Below are positions 18,860 to 28,075 of a stretch of 64,000 nucleotides of DNA, one piece after another; within the stretch, counting starts at the first letter, position 1; each line of letters opens with the position of its first letter. The stretch lies in assembly GCA_045636325.1 (NCBI GenBank), contig JAZTXH010000016.1, positions 12,034 through 76,033 of the forward strand. Reading direction: 5' to 3'. The notes under the pieces are model-generated. The model searched no databases, had not been told where the DNA came from, and worked only from the letters and a program-made list of their open reading frames with translations. The position numbers and the translations under genes were made by a program. This stretch comes from Clostridia bacterium (lineage in GTDB: Bacteria; Bacillota; Clostridia; UBA1381; UMGS1253).

Positions 18860-19515
18860 GAATAGTGTATTTTACAGGCATCATAGAAAATGCGGCGGTG
18901 CAGTATTCTAGTCAGTTCTACTTGCTTTGAAGACGGGCCTAAAAATCCGTTAAAGGGCATATCGATGAAGTTTCTGGTGCTAGCTTTGAACGCCCAGTTC
19001 GGGGTTGGTGCTGGAAGTTAAGGTTATGGGGCGGCCTGCAATGGCATGCAGTTACTGACCCCCATTTCCGTGGAGACCTATTCTTGTGGCTGCCCCTGAG
19101 TCTTAGACTTAAGTCTTACTCAAGCAGTTACGGCTTAGGATTAAACCTGCATATCGGTGCTTTTCTGCGCTGGGTGCAGAGTAGCCTGCCTTGAGTGAAA
19201 TAAGAGGGATAACGGACAAACACTTGTCGCATCGGCCAATGCGTGAGCGTTATTGCTGTTTGAAACTTGTTTTGCAAAAGAGGATAGGAGCAAGTGTGAC
19301 TGTAGAGGAAAACTCCTAGGCTGTTGCTCTATCAGACATTTAAAGGATTGAAATGCGGACTGAGTGGCAGTCAGGTCACAAATGCGGTAACGTATTAGTA
19401 AAGTGTTTTAATGGGAAACCTCCTCTTTGGCGACATTGAGGAAACGCTTTGGGAAATCCTACCTGACCTTAAGCCGCAAAATTTACTTTAGGTGTTACCC
19501 CGCATTCTCTATGCT
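18860..19515 (+). ncRNA. ole: Large structured ncRNA, most likely OLE RNA (ends approximate)
   Basis: About 650 nt with no ORF. It is visibly more G+C-rich than its flanks and has many local and long-range complementary segments. The small membrane protein, dxs and tlyA follow it directly, which is the canonical OLE neighbourhood. Confidence 0.72.
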
Positions 19516-19545
19516 GCCTGTAATTTTTTAAAGTGGTGAATTATT

Positions 19546-20136
19546 TTGGGAAAAAGAAAAAGTTTAAAGGTTAAAAGCTCAGCCGGAAATATTAAGGTAA
19601 GTAATAAATGGACTGTGATTGTAACAATTCTTGCATTTGTGTTGTCTGTTATTTTTACAATTATAACAGACAGTGCCGAAAAGCTGCCGAATTTAGTAGC
19701 TATTACGGTGCTTTTTGTTATAGTTCTTTTAAGCATTATGTTTGATATGCTTGGTATGGCGGTTTCTACTGCAACAGAAGAGCCTTTTCACGCAATGGCA
19801 GCAAAAAAAAATCCGCAGGCAAAGGTTGCTATAAAAATTATCCGTTCTTCACAGCAGCTTTCAAGCCTTTTTAATGACGTTATAGGAGATATTGCCGGTA
19901 TTATATCAGGTGCTATGAGTGCGGCGATTGTTGCAAAAATTGCGACTGGCACAAGCGGAATAAATATGGTAATTGAGCTTTGTATGACAGGGCTTGTAGC
20001 GGCGGTTATGATTGGCGGGAAGGCTGCAGGCAAGGGTGTTGCCATGACAAATAATAACACAATAGTTTATATTATGAGTAATGTTATTTACTTTTTTACA
20101 AAACCATTTTCACTATTTAAAAGAAAAAAACGTTAA
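19546..20136 (+). CDS. oapA: Small polytopic membrane protein, candidate OLE-associated protein OapA
   Basis: 196 aa with four predicted TM segments and a basic N-terminus. The call rests on its position between the large ncRNA and dxs. The start (TTG) is uncertain. Confidence 0.6.
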   Translation: MGKRKSLKVKSSAGNIKVSNKWTVIVTILAFVLSVIFTIITDSAEKLPNLVAITVLFVIVLLSIMFDMLGMAVSTATEEPFHAMAAKKNPQAKVAIKIIRSSQQLSSLFNDVIGDIAGIISGAMSAAIVAKIATGTSGINMVIELCMTGLVAAVMIGGKAAGKGVAMTNNNTIVYIMSNVIYFFTKPFSLFKRKKR

Positions 20137-20152
20137 AGCTGGTGCACAAAAA

Positions 20153-22015
20153 ATGTACAAAATTTTAGATAAAGTCGATTCTCCCAGCGATTTAAAAGCA
20201 CTTTCTTTTAAAGAACGCACGGAGCTTTGCTCAGAAATAAGGTCATTTTTAATAAATTCAGTTTCAAAAACCGGAGGGCATCTTGCATCAAATTTGGGTG
20301 TGGTAGAGATAAGTGTGGCACTTCACAGTGTTTTTGATATGCCCGAAGATAAAGTCGTTTTTGATGTAGGCCACCAGTGCTATACCCATAAAATTCTTAC
20401 GGGAAGAAAGGGTTTGTTTAAATTTTTAAGGCAGGAGGGTGGGCTTTCGGGATTTCCGAAAATAAACGAAAGCAAATATGACAGCTTTAATACCGGACAT
20501 AGCTCAACTTCTGTTTCTGCGGCATTAGGTCTTGCAAGAGCAAGGGACTTGGCGAATAAGGATCATAAGGTTATTGCACTTATAGGTGATGGTGCCATGA
20601 CGGGAGGCCTTGCATACGAGGCGCTTTGCGATGCGGGAAATTCAAACACAAACCTGATTGTGATTTTAAACGATAATGAAATGTCGATAACAAAAAATGT
20701 GGGAGGCTTAAGTGAGCATCTTTCAAGGCTTCGTACGCAGCCGTCATATGTTAAAACAAAGTCGGCAATTGAAAAGCTTGTTTTAAAAATGCCTAATGGT
20801 AAAGTTATTCACTCGGGTATGCGAAGAATAAAAAATTCCTTTAAGCGCGCTTTAATGCAGAAAAACATATTTGAAGAGCTGGGCTTTACATATCTTGGAC
20901 CTATAGACGGAAATGATTTGAAAAAGGCAGAGCAGATGCTCCTCCGTGCAAAAAATACAAAGGGTCCGGTTATTGTGCATATGTGTACCATTAAGGGAAA
21001 AGGCTATGCTCCGGCAGAGGAAAAGCCTCAGAACTTTCATGGTATTTCAAAGTTTGATGTTGATACGGGAAATGTTATAAGGGATAAAGTAAGGGCAGAT
21101 TATTCTGCAATTTTTGGTAGGCAGATTGTAAATCTTGCCCGCAAAAATGAGAAAATAGCGGTGATTTCACCGGCGATGATATTGGGCTCAGGACTTAAGA
21201 AATTTGCAAAAATTTATCCTGACAGAATGTTTGATGTTGGCATTGCAGAGGGCCATGCGGTTACATTTGCCGCAGGTCTTGCAATTGGCGGATATGTGCC
21301 TGTGGTGAGCGTTTATTCATCATTTCTGCAACGAGCATATGACCAGATTGTGCATGATGTTGCAATGCAGAATCTACACGTTGTGTTTGCAATTGACAGG
21401 GCAGGTGTTGTTGGTGCAGATGGTGAGACTCATCAGGGTGTTTTTGATATAGCATTTATGAATCATATTCCGAATATGGCAATTCTTGCGCCTGCTTGCT
21501 TTAAAGAGCTTTCTAAGATGCTTGACTATGCTGTAAATGAGCATAACGGCCCAATTGCAGTAAGATATCCGAGAGGAAATATGCAGTGTACGGAAATTAA
21601 TGAAGCGTTTGAATTTGGCAAGGCCTTAGTGGTTTATGAAGGCTCGGATATTACGATTGTTGCGGCAGGACCAATTTTAAAATATGCCTGCGAGGCAAAA
21701 GAGCTTTTGGAAAAGGAAAATATAAGTGCAGAAATAATAAATATAAGAACTATAAAGCCTATAGATGAAGAAACTATAATAAATTCCGCTAAGAAAACTA
21801 AAAAAGTTATAGTAATTGAAGATGGTCAGGACTTTGGAGGCCTTGCAAGTGCTGTTGATAGAATTATTGTTGAAAACTATGTATCGGCAAAGGTTGAAAA
21901 AAGAGGCTTTTGCAGCTTTGTTTCACAGGCAGGGCAGGAAAGAATATATGAAAAAAGCGGTATGACGTCTTCTGAAATTTTTAAAAGCGCGCAAAAAATG
22001 TGCAGAGGTGAATAA
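20153..22015 (+). CDS. dxs: 1-deoxy-D-xylulose-5-phosphate synthase
   Basis: 'GGHLASNLGVVE', 'IGDGAMTGG' and 'DVGIAEGHAVTFAAG'. Start placed at MYKILD. Confidence 0.95.
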   Translation: MYKILDKVDSPSDLKALSFKERTELCSEIRSFLINSVSKTGGHLASNLGVVEISVALHSVFDMPEDKVVFDVGHQCYTHKILTGRKGLFKFLRQEGGLSGFPKINESKYDSFNTGHSSTSVSAALGLARARDLANKDHKVIALIGDGAMTGGLAYEALCDAGNSNTNLIVILNDNEMSITKNVGGLSEHLSRLRTQPSYVKTKSAIEKLVLKMPNGKVIHSGMRRIKNSFKRALMQKNIFEELGFTYLGPIDGNDLKKAEQMLLRAKNTKGPVIVHMCTIKGKGYAPAEEKPQNFHGISKFDVDTGNVIRDKVRADYSAIFGRQIVNLARKNEKIAVISPAMILGSGLKKFAKIYPDRMFDVGIAEGHAVTFAAGLAIGGYVPVVSVYSSFLQRAYDQIVHDVAMQNLHVVFAIDRAGVVGADGETHQGVFDIAFMNHIPNMAILAPACFKELSKMLDYAVNEHNGPIAVRYPRGNMQCTEINEAFEFGKALVVYEGSDITIVAAGPILKYACEAKELLEKENISAEIINIRTIKPIDEETIINSAKKTKKVIVIEDGQDFGGLASAVDRIIVENYVSAKVEKRGFCSFVSQAGQERIYEKSGMTSSEIFKSAQKMCRGE

Positions 22016-22835
22016 AGTGGCGAAAAAGGTTCGTGTGGATGAACTTTTGGTAAGGCGTAATCTGGCGGCGGATGAAAATCATGCAAAGGCTTTGATTATG
22101 ACGGGAATCGTGTATAATGGTGAAGTAAGAATAAACAGCGGTGCAGAAAAGGTAAGCGAAGAAACTTACATAGAAGTGCGTGACAAGGGACAAAAATACG
22201 TAAGTCGCGGAGGTCTTAAGCTTGAAAAAGCGATGAATAGATTCACTATTAATTTAAATGGAATAGTTTGTATGGATATTGGTGCATCCACTGGAGGTTT
22301 TACGGATTGTATGCTTCAAAATGGTGCAAAAAAGGTTTACAGCGTTGATGTGGGCTATGGTCAGCTTGCATGGAAGCTGAGATGTGACGAGCGTGTTGTG
22401 AATATGGAGCGCACAAGTATAAAAAATGTAAATTCAGGTGTTCTGGGTGAAAAAATAGAATTTGCATCGGCAGATGTTTCGTTTATATCTTTAAAGCATG
22501 TGTTTGGTGCGGCAAAGGAATTTATGTCAGGGGGTGCACATATGGTGGCACTTATAAAACCCCAGTTTGAGGCAACTTATGAAGAAGTGGGTGAAAAAGG
22601 CGTTGTGCGTGACCCCAAGGTGCATATTAAAACCATAAAAAATGTGATTGAGTATGCCACGCAAAACGGGTTTTCAAGCCTTGATTTAACCTTTTCGCCA
22701 ATAAAAGGACCTGAAGGAAACATAGAATATCTTTGTTATTTAAAAAGAACAGATAACCCTGAAAATTATATAACGGAACAAAAAATTACAAATACGGTGG
22801 CCGAGGCGCACGAATCAAGCTTGTCAAGGCATTAA
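22008..22835 (+). CDS. tlyA: TlyA family rRNA (cytidine-2'-O)-methyltransferase
   Basis: S4-like N-terminus 'RVDELLVRRNL' and the FtsJ motif 'DIGASTGGFTD'. An alternative GTG start lies at 22017. Confidence 0.88.
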   Translation: MNKVAKKVRVDELLVRRNLAADENHAKALIMTGIVYNGEVRINSGAEKVSEETYIEVRDKGQKYVSRGGLKLEKAMNRFTINLNGIVCMDIGASTGGFTDCMLQNGAKKVYSVDVGYGQLAWKLRCDERVVNMERTSIKNVNSGVLGEKIEFASADVSFISLKHVFGAAKEFMSGGAHMVALIKPQFEATYEEVGEKGVVRDPKVHIKTIKNVIEYATQNGFSSLDLTFSPIKGPEGNIEYLCYLKRTDNPENYITEQKITNTVAEAHESSLSRH

Positions 22836-22859
22836 AAATACCGAGAGCGGAGGAATTTT

Positions 22860-23069
22860 ATGTATTCGCCGGATATAGATAAAAAATGTACCACATGTCA
22901 GTTTGGAAATCTGGTGGTGGGTACCTTGGATGTAATGTGTATCAAATATGGCATTGTGCCTCACGATTACATTTGTAAAAAATATAAATACGATATTTTC
23001 AAGAAAAAAGTAAAGCGTAGAAAGCCCGTCGATAAAGAGTTTGAATCCGAAGATTTTTCAATTGATTAA
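22860..23069 (+). CDS. Small Cys-containing hypothetical protein
   Basis: 69 aa with a GGAGG RBS, followed by a strong terminator. I recognise no family. Confidence 0.55.
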   Translation: MYSPDIDKKCTTCQFGNLVVGTLDVMCIKYGIVPHDYICKKYKYDIFKKKVKRRKPVDKEFESEDFSID

Positions 23070-23096
23070 ATAAAATGAGCAGAAAATATAAAAAAT

Positions 23097-23134
23097 AAAA
23101 GACGACAATTTATATTGTGAATTGTCGTCTTTTA
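23097..23134 (+). terminator. Rho-independent terminator
   Basis: AAAAGACGACAATT / AATTGTCGTCTTTT. Confidence 0.85.
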
Positions 23135-23391
23135 ATTGTGTAACGAAAAGCGTACAATTGTCACGCATATTATCCTGCTGCTAATTTGCTTGTCAAAACG
23201 AACAAAAAATTTATATTGAATTTATGCAAAGTGTATATTGGTATAAAAATTAGATAAAATAATACAAATAATTTTGCTGAAAGGGGATTGACTTAATTAA
23301 AAAAAGTGTGTAAAATAAATATGAACGTAGCAATTTTTTAACGAAAAATTATAAAATTGCGCTGACAACAATTTTTTCTGAGGAGGAAACA

Positions 23392-26300
23392 ATGATGAAA
23401 AAAGTATCAAAGGTGCTTAGCCTTGTTTTAGCAATATGCATGTTATTAACTTGTGTTACAGTGCCCGCGTTTGCAGCTAAGAAAGAAGAAAAAGTCGTAG
23501 CTGAAGAAGTTGTAGCCGAAGTAAAAGTTAAGACAATTGATGATTACCCGGATGAAGCTTATCTAATGGATGCAAACGACAAAAATAGCATTGAGGATAT
23601 AAGCAAAAACCTCAAGGCAGTAACAACAAACACAAACGAGAATGCTTATTCAGCAGAATGGTCTCTTAAGAGCATAAAGCAACTTCAGCTTTCGGCTATT
23701 AAGGATATTAACGGCTTTGAAACTGTTGAATTTTATTTGTACGGTGATGAAAAGCATCCCACAACATTAAAATTTACTGTTTGGGCAAACGACCCTGATA
23801 CCGATGGCAGCGATTATTACGATGCAGGTAACTTTGAGGTTAAGCCGGGCTGGAATAAATATTCATTCAGCCTTTCAGAAATGCTTAACAAGAAGACTCG
23901 CCAGCCTAAGTCTATGGACAGCATAGATAACATCTCTATCTGGGCAACAGGTTGGGATCTTGACGCTAAAAACGATCTTGAAAACACAGTTTTATACCTT
24001 GACAGCGTAAAGCTTATAAAAGGCGAAAAACTTTTGACTGTTCCTAAAGTTAAAGTGCCTGAAACAGAAGCGGGTACAGCTAAGTATCTTGAATATGATT
24101 TTGAGGCAGAGGGAACTGATGCAACAAAGGGTATTATTCTTGCCCCCAAGTCAAACAAAATTGAAGTAAGAAAAAATAAGAATAATCATTTTCTTTCCAT
24201 TATGGGTCAGGAGACAACTGATAACTGCTTTGCTGACATCACAGGAATTAAGTACACCCGCCGTTATATGGTAATTCAGGGTGATTTTATGATTGAAAAC
24301 CTTGGTGGTTCTGTTCAACTTGCAACAATTAAAGACGGGACAAATGCACAGACTTACTTTGCCGGAGTTAATAAAGACGGTAAAATTACAGGTAATGGTA
24401 AATTCTTTGGCACAGCGGAAGAGGGTAAGTGGTTTAATCTAGCAGTTTGTGCGGACTTTGACAGTCTTGTATACACGGTATATATTGACGGAAAAGAAGT
24501 AATGAAGGATGTTCCTTTTAATAATCAGAATTCTTCATATATGACATATTACCGTGCATTTGTAGGTCCTAATTGCAAAACAATTCTTAACATTGACAAC
24601 CTTAGAGTATATGATGGTAAAACACCGGCTGATTACGTAAAGGCTGTTGACACTCCAAAACCAAGAAAAATAGACCTTGACTCTGTTATAAGCAAGACAC
24701 CTGCATATAAGCAGGTTATGGCTAATGCAGTATCAGAAGTTAAGGATGCCGTTTGCTTAAAGGTTAACTCTCCTTACGCTCTTGTTCGTCACGAGCAGAA
24801 GGCTATAGACGTAAACAATAAAGAGGTTTCTCCCTTTATTATTAACGGTAGAACTTTAGTTCCCGTTAGATTTATTGCAGAAGCTTTTGGAGCTGAAGTT
24901 GGATGGGACGATGCAACAAGAACTGTTACAGTAAAAAAGGATTCAGAACTTCTTACACTTGTAATTGGTTCAAATGTTTTAAACAAAAACGGTCAGGAAA
25001 TCATAATCGATGTTCCTGCCGAAATCTATAACGAAAGAACAATGCTTCCTCTTCGTGCAGTAACAGAAAACCTTGGCAAAAAAGTATTCTGGGACGATAT
25101 GGGACTAATCATTATCTCTAATAATGAAATTAACTTTACAAAAGAAAATGACCTTGAAAAAATGCTTGATATCATGGCAGGATTTACTTATGAAAGACCC
25201 GGTGCAGAAAAACTATTGGCCGACATCGTGGCTAAAACACCGAATCATCCCAGACTTCTTGCAACAGCTGAGGATTTTGCAAGAATCAGGAATTTAATGA
25301 GTTATGATGAAAATATCCAGAGTTGGGTATCAAGATTAATGAAAACAGCTGACAAGTATGTTACAGCAGCTCCCGACGAAGCAGAGCATACATACGCAGC
25401 CGATGCAGGTGGTAGACTTGCAAACAGCTGGAATATTCAGTCAAAGGCAACAAGCATGGGCATGGCTTATCAGCTAACAGGTGATAAAAAATATATTGAT
25501 GCTATTTGGTATACACTTGAAGATTTGTGTGACAAATCTAAGTGGGAGCATTGGCATCCCGGTCACTTCCTAAACGCAGCTGACGTTATATGGGGTGTTG
25601 CAATTGCATATGACTGGATGTATGACGGCTGGTCTGATTCACAGAGGGCAATAATCGAAGAAGCTCTTTTCGATTGCGGTGTTGAAGATTCTATTACAGC
25701 ATATCATGGTGCATCAGATTATCTTTCACCCCCCATGGGTCAGTTTCACAGAAGTGGTTGGTGGTCGCAGGGTAACAACTGGAATGCAGTTTGTAACTCA
25801 GGTGTAATGGCTGCGGGTATTGCAATGGCTACACACGAAAAATACGGTAAATATGCTATCCAGTGCGTTGATTATGCACTAAACGCTATGGAAATCGGTC
25901 TTCGTTGTTACGCACCTGATGGCGGTTACGAAGAAGGTGTTGGCTATTGGTCATACGGCACAAATCATGCTATTATGCTTATGGAAGCTCTAAATAAAGC
26001 AACAGGCACAAACTATGGTTTGTCTGACGCTCCCGGCTTTAGTGTTACATATGTAACACCTTTGTATATGGAAAGTAAGCAGGGTTCATTTAACTACTCA
26101 GACACCACCGTATCAAGAACAGATACAGCTTCACTTTTTTGGTTTGGTAAAGAATATTGTAACGCTCAGGTTAACGGCATAAGATTCAACGAGATTTCTA
26201 CGGCTGAAAAAGCTTCTTCTTACAAAGATATTCTATGGTACAATCCTGAAAACATTGACAAGAATGCAAGTTTGGTATTAGACTATAAGTTCTTTGGCAC

Positions 26301-27732
26301 AGATACATTTACAATGCGTTCGTCATGGACAGATGCTAACCAGTTATTCGGGGGTATTCATGGGGGCTCAAACACAACTAACCACTGTAACATCGACTCC
26401 GGAGTATTCATTCTTGATTCACTTAACACACGTTGGTTTATAGACCTTGGTTCTGATAACTACAATCTTCCCAACTACTGGTCAACAGGTGCAGGTGGTA
26501 AGAGATGGAAATACTATACACAGCGTGCAGAAGGTCATAACTGTTTCGTTATCAATCCTAACGAAAAAGAAGATCAGGTAATTGATTCTGTATGCCACAT
26601 CACAGAGCTTGTATCCAAGCCCCGTGGTGCATACGGCAAGGTAGACCTTACACCTGCATATGCTACAGATGTAACAAAGGCAACTCGCGGTATGATGTTT
26701 ACAGCTAACAGAAAAGCGGCTATTGTTCAGGATGAAATCACAATGAAGGCTCCTTCTGAGTTTTGGTGGTTTGCTCATACAAAGGCTGAAATTGAAGTTG
26801 CAGCCGATGGCAGAAGCGCAATCCTTACACAGGGTTCTAAGAAGCTTCATGCAGCAATCGTATCTGACAATCCGAACTTTAAGTTTACGGTAATGGATGC
26901 GGTATCACTACCCACATCGCCTGTTCCTGAAAAATCTGATACTCAGAAAGAAAAATCAAGAGAAGACATCAGAAAGCTTGCTATTCATGACAGTGGCGTA
27001 TCAAATGTAAATCTTGCAGTTGTATTCCAACCATTGGTTGGCGATATGGCAGAGTATACATATACTTACACAAATCTTGATAACTGGTCTATTCCGGACG
27101 GTGAAATTTTAACACCCCAGCTTACAGAACTTAAGGTAGAAGGTCAGACAATTGAAGGCTTTAATGCTAAAGTGACAAGCTACGAGGTGGTTCTTCCCTT
27201 CGGCACAACTCAGGTTCCTGAAATCGTGGCAACAGCTGATGCTTTAAGTAATGCAGTTTTAACACCTCCCACTGCAATTCCCGGAACAGCTACAATTAAG
27301 GTTATGAACAATGAAGACGCTAGCATGTATTCTGTATACAATGTATTAATGAGAGCTGCAGAAGAAGTCGAAATTGAAGTTTCTGACGCTCAGGAGGGGA
27401 ATCCCGGTCAGCAGTGTATTGATAAAGACCTTTCCACACGCTGGGCTGTTGAAAATGAAGCGTGGGGAATCTTCCGCTTTGCAATTCCGAAAACAATTTC
27501 TTCTGTTTGGCTTGCAACATGGAAAGCTGCTGAAAGAAAGCTTATCTTTGATATCGAAGTATCTGAAGACGGAGAAAACTTTACACAGGTTTGGAGCGGC
27601 CAAACTACTATTGATAAAGACGAACTTGAAGAAATCAAGATTCCTGCTGGCACATACAAGGCTGTGAAGATTAAGCTTCACGGCACAACAACAGGTACAT
27701 GGAACTCAATTCTTGAGGTAGAGTTTAAATAA
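23392..27732 (+). CDS. Large secreted multidomain protein: signal peptide, LamG-like region, copper-amine-oxidase-N-like stalk repeats, heparinase II/III-like lyase core, cadherin-like beta sandwich, F5/8 type C (discoidin) domain
   Basis: 1446 aa. It has a signal peptide, 'INGRTLVPVRFIAEAFGAEVGWDD' and 'ERTMLPLRAVTENLG' repeats, a Trp/His-rich lyase-like core, and a C-terminal discoidin-like 'DKDLSTRWAVE'. Confidence 0.75.
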   Translation: MMKKVSKVLSLVLAICMLLTCVTVPAFAAKKEEKVVAEEVVAEVKVKTIDDYPDEAYLMDANDKNSIEDISKNLKAVTTNTNENAYSAEWSLKSIKQLQLSAIKDINGFETVEFYLYGDEKHPTTLKFTVWANDPDTDGSDYYDAGNFEVKPGWNKYSFSLSEMLNKKTRQPKSMDSIDNISIWATGWDLDAKNDLENTVLYLDSVKLIKGEKLLTVPKVKVPETEAGTAKYLEYDFEAEGTDATKGIILAPKSNKIEVRKNKNNHFLSIMGQETTDNCFADITGIKYTRRYMVIQGDFMIENLGGSVQLATIKDGTNAQTYFAGVNKDGKITGNGKFFGTAEEGKWFNLAVCADFDSLVYTVYIDGKEVMKDVPFNNQNSSYMTYYRAFVGPNCKTILNIDNLRVYDGKTPADYVKAVDTPKPRKIDLDSVISKTPAYKQVMANAVSEVKDAVCLKVNSPYALVRHEQKAIDVNNKEVSPFIINGRTLVPVRFIAEAFGAEVGWDDATRTVTVKKDSELLTLVIGSNVLNKNGQEIIIDVPAEIYNERTMLPLRAVTENLGKKVFWDDMGLIIISNNEINFTKENDLEKMLDIMAGFTYERPGAEKLLADIVAKTPNHPRLLATAEDFARIRNLMSYDENIQSWVSRLMKTADKYVTAAPDEAEHTYAADAGGRLANSWNIQSKATSMGMAYQLTGDKKYIDAIWYTLEDLCDKSKWEHWHPGHFLNAADVIWGVAIAYDWMYDGWSDSQRAIIEEALFDCGVEDSITAYHGASDYLSPPMGQFHRSGWWSQGNNWNAVCNSGVMAAGIAMATHEKYGKYAIQCVDYALNAMEIGLRCYAPDGGYEEGVGYWSYGTNHAIMLMEALNKATGTNYGLSDAPGFSVTYVTPLYMESKQGSFNYSDTTVSRTDTASLFWFGKEYCNAQVNGIRFNEISTAEKASSYKDILWYNPENIDKNASLVLDYKFFGTDTFTMRSSWTDANQLFGGIHGGSNTTNHCNIDSGVFILDSLNTRWFIDLGSDNYNLPNYWSTGAGGKRWKYYTQRAEGHNCFVINPNEKEDQVIDSVCHITELVSKPRGAYGKVDLTPAYATDVTKATRGMMFTANRKAAIVQDEITMKAPSEFWWFAHTKAEIEVAADGRSAILTQGSKKLHAAIVSDNPNFKFTVMDAVSLPTSPVPEKSDTQKEKSREDIRKLAIHDSGVSNVNLAVVFQPLVGDMAEYTYTYTNLDNWSIPDGEILTPQLTELKVEGQTIEGFNAKVTSYEVVLPFGTTQVPEIVATADALSNAVLTPPTAIPGTATIKVMNNEDASMYSVYNVLMRAAEEVEIEVSDAQEGNPGQQCIDKDLSTRWAVENEAWGIFRFAIPKTISSVWLATWKAAERKLIFDIEVSEDGENFTQVWSGQTTIDKDELEEIKIPAGTYKAVKIKLHGTTTGTWNSILEVEFK

Positions 27733-27750
27733 TAACTGTTATAAAAATCA

Positions 27751-27785
27751 AGAGCATACTGCACGAATTGCAGTATGCTCTTTTC
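27751..27785 (+). terminator. Terminator of the large secreted protein gene
   Basis: AGAGCATACTGCA / TGCAGTATGCTCT followed by TTTT. Confidence 0.8.
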
Positions 27786-27790
27786 AATGA

Positions 27791-27821
27791 AAAAACCGCA
27801 CATACAAAATGTGCGGTTTTT
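27791..27821 (-). terminator. Terminator downstream of tRNA-Arg
   Basis: AAAAACCGCACAT / ATGTGCGGTTTTT, symmetric with A/T tails. Confidence 0.75.
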
Positions 27822-27822
27822 C

Positions 27823-27899
<77 letters not shown>

Positions 27900-27930
27900 A
27901 CATATTAATAACTTCAAATATTATAACACA

Positions 27931-28014
27931 ATAAAATGCGTTTGTCAAACAAATTTTTTTAAAAATTTAAAAAATGTTAAATTTAATAATAATTGATTGA
28001 CAAACGCATTTTAT
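27931..28014. promoter_or_regulatory. Mirror-image duplicated promoters (18-nt perfect inverted repeat) driving tRNA-Arg leftward and the LOG gene rightward
   Basis: ATAAAATGCGTTTGTCAA (27931-27948) and TTGACAAACGCATTTTAT (27997-28014). Each provides TTGACA plus spacer. The minus-strand copy is followed by TATAAT at 17 nt. Confidence 0.55.
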
Positions 28015-28075
28015 TTATATAATATATAATTAGAAGCATTTTTTATGCATACAATTTAACAAGGAGGTAGATTTT

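Noticed and set aside
18860-19515. Alternative identities for the large noncoding tract: RNase P RNA, tmRNA, group II intron, rRNA fragment
   Set aside because: There is no GAGGAAAGUCC-type RNase P P4 sequence, no tRNA-like 3' end or tag ORF, and no domain V or intron-encoded RT. The oapA-dxs-tlyA context favours OLE.
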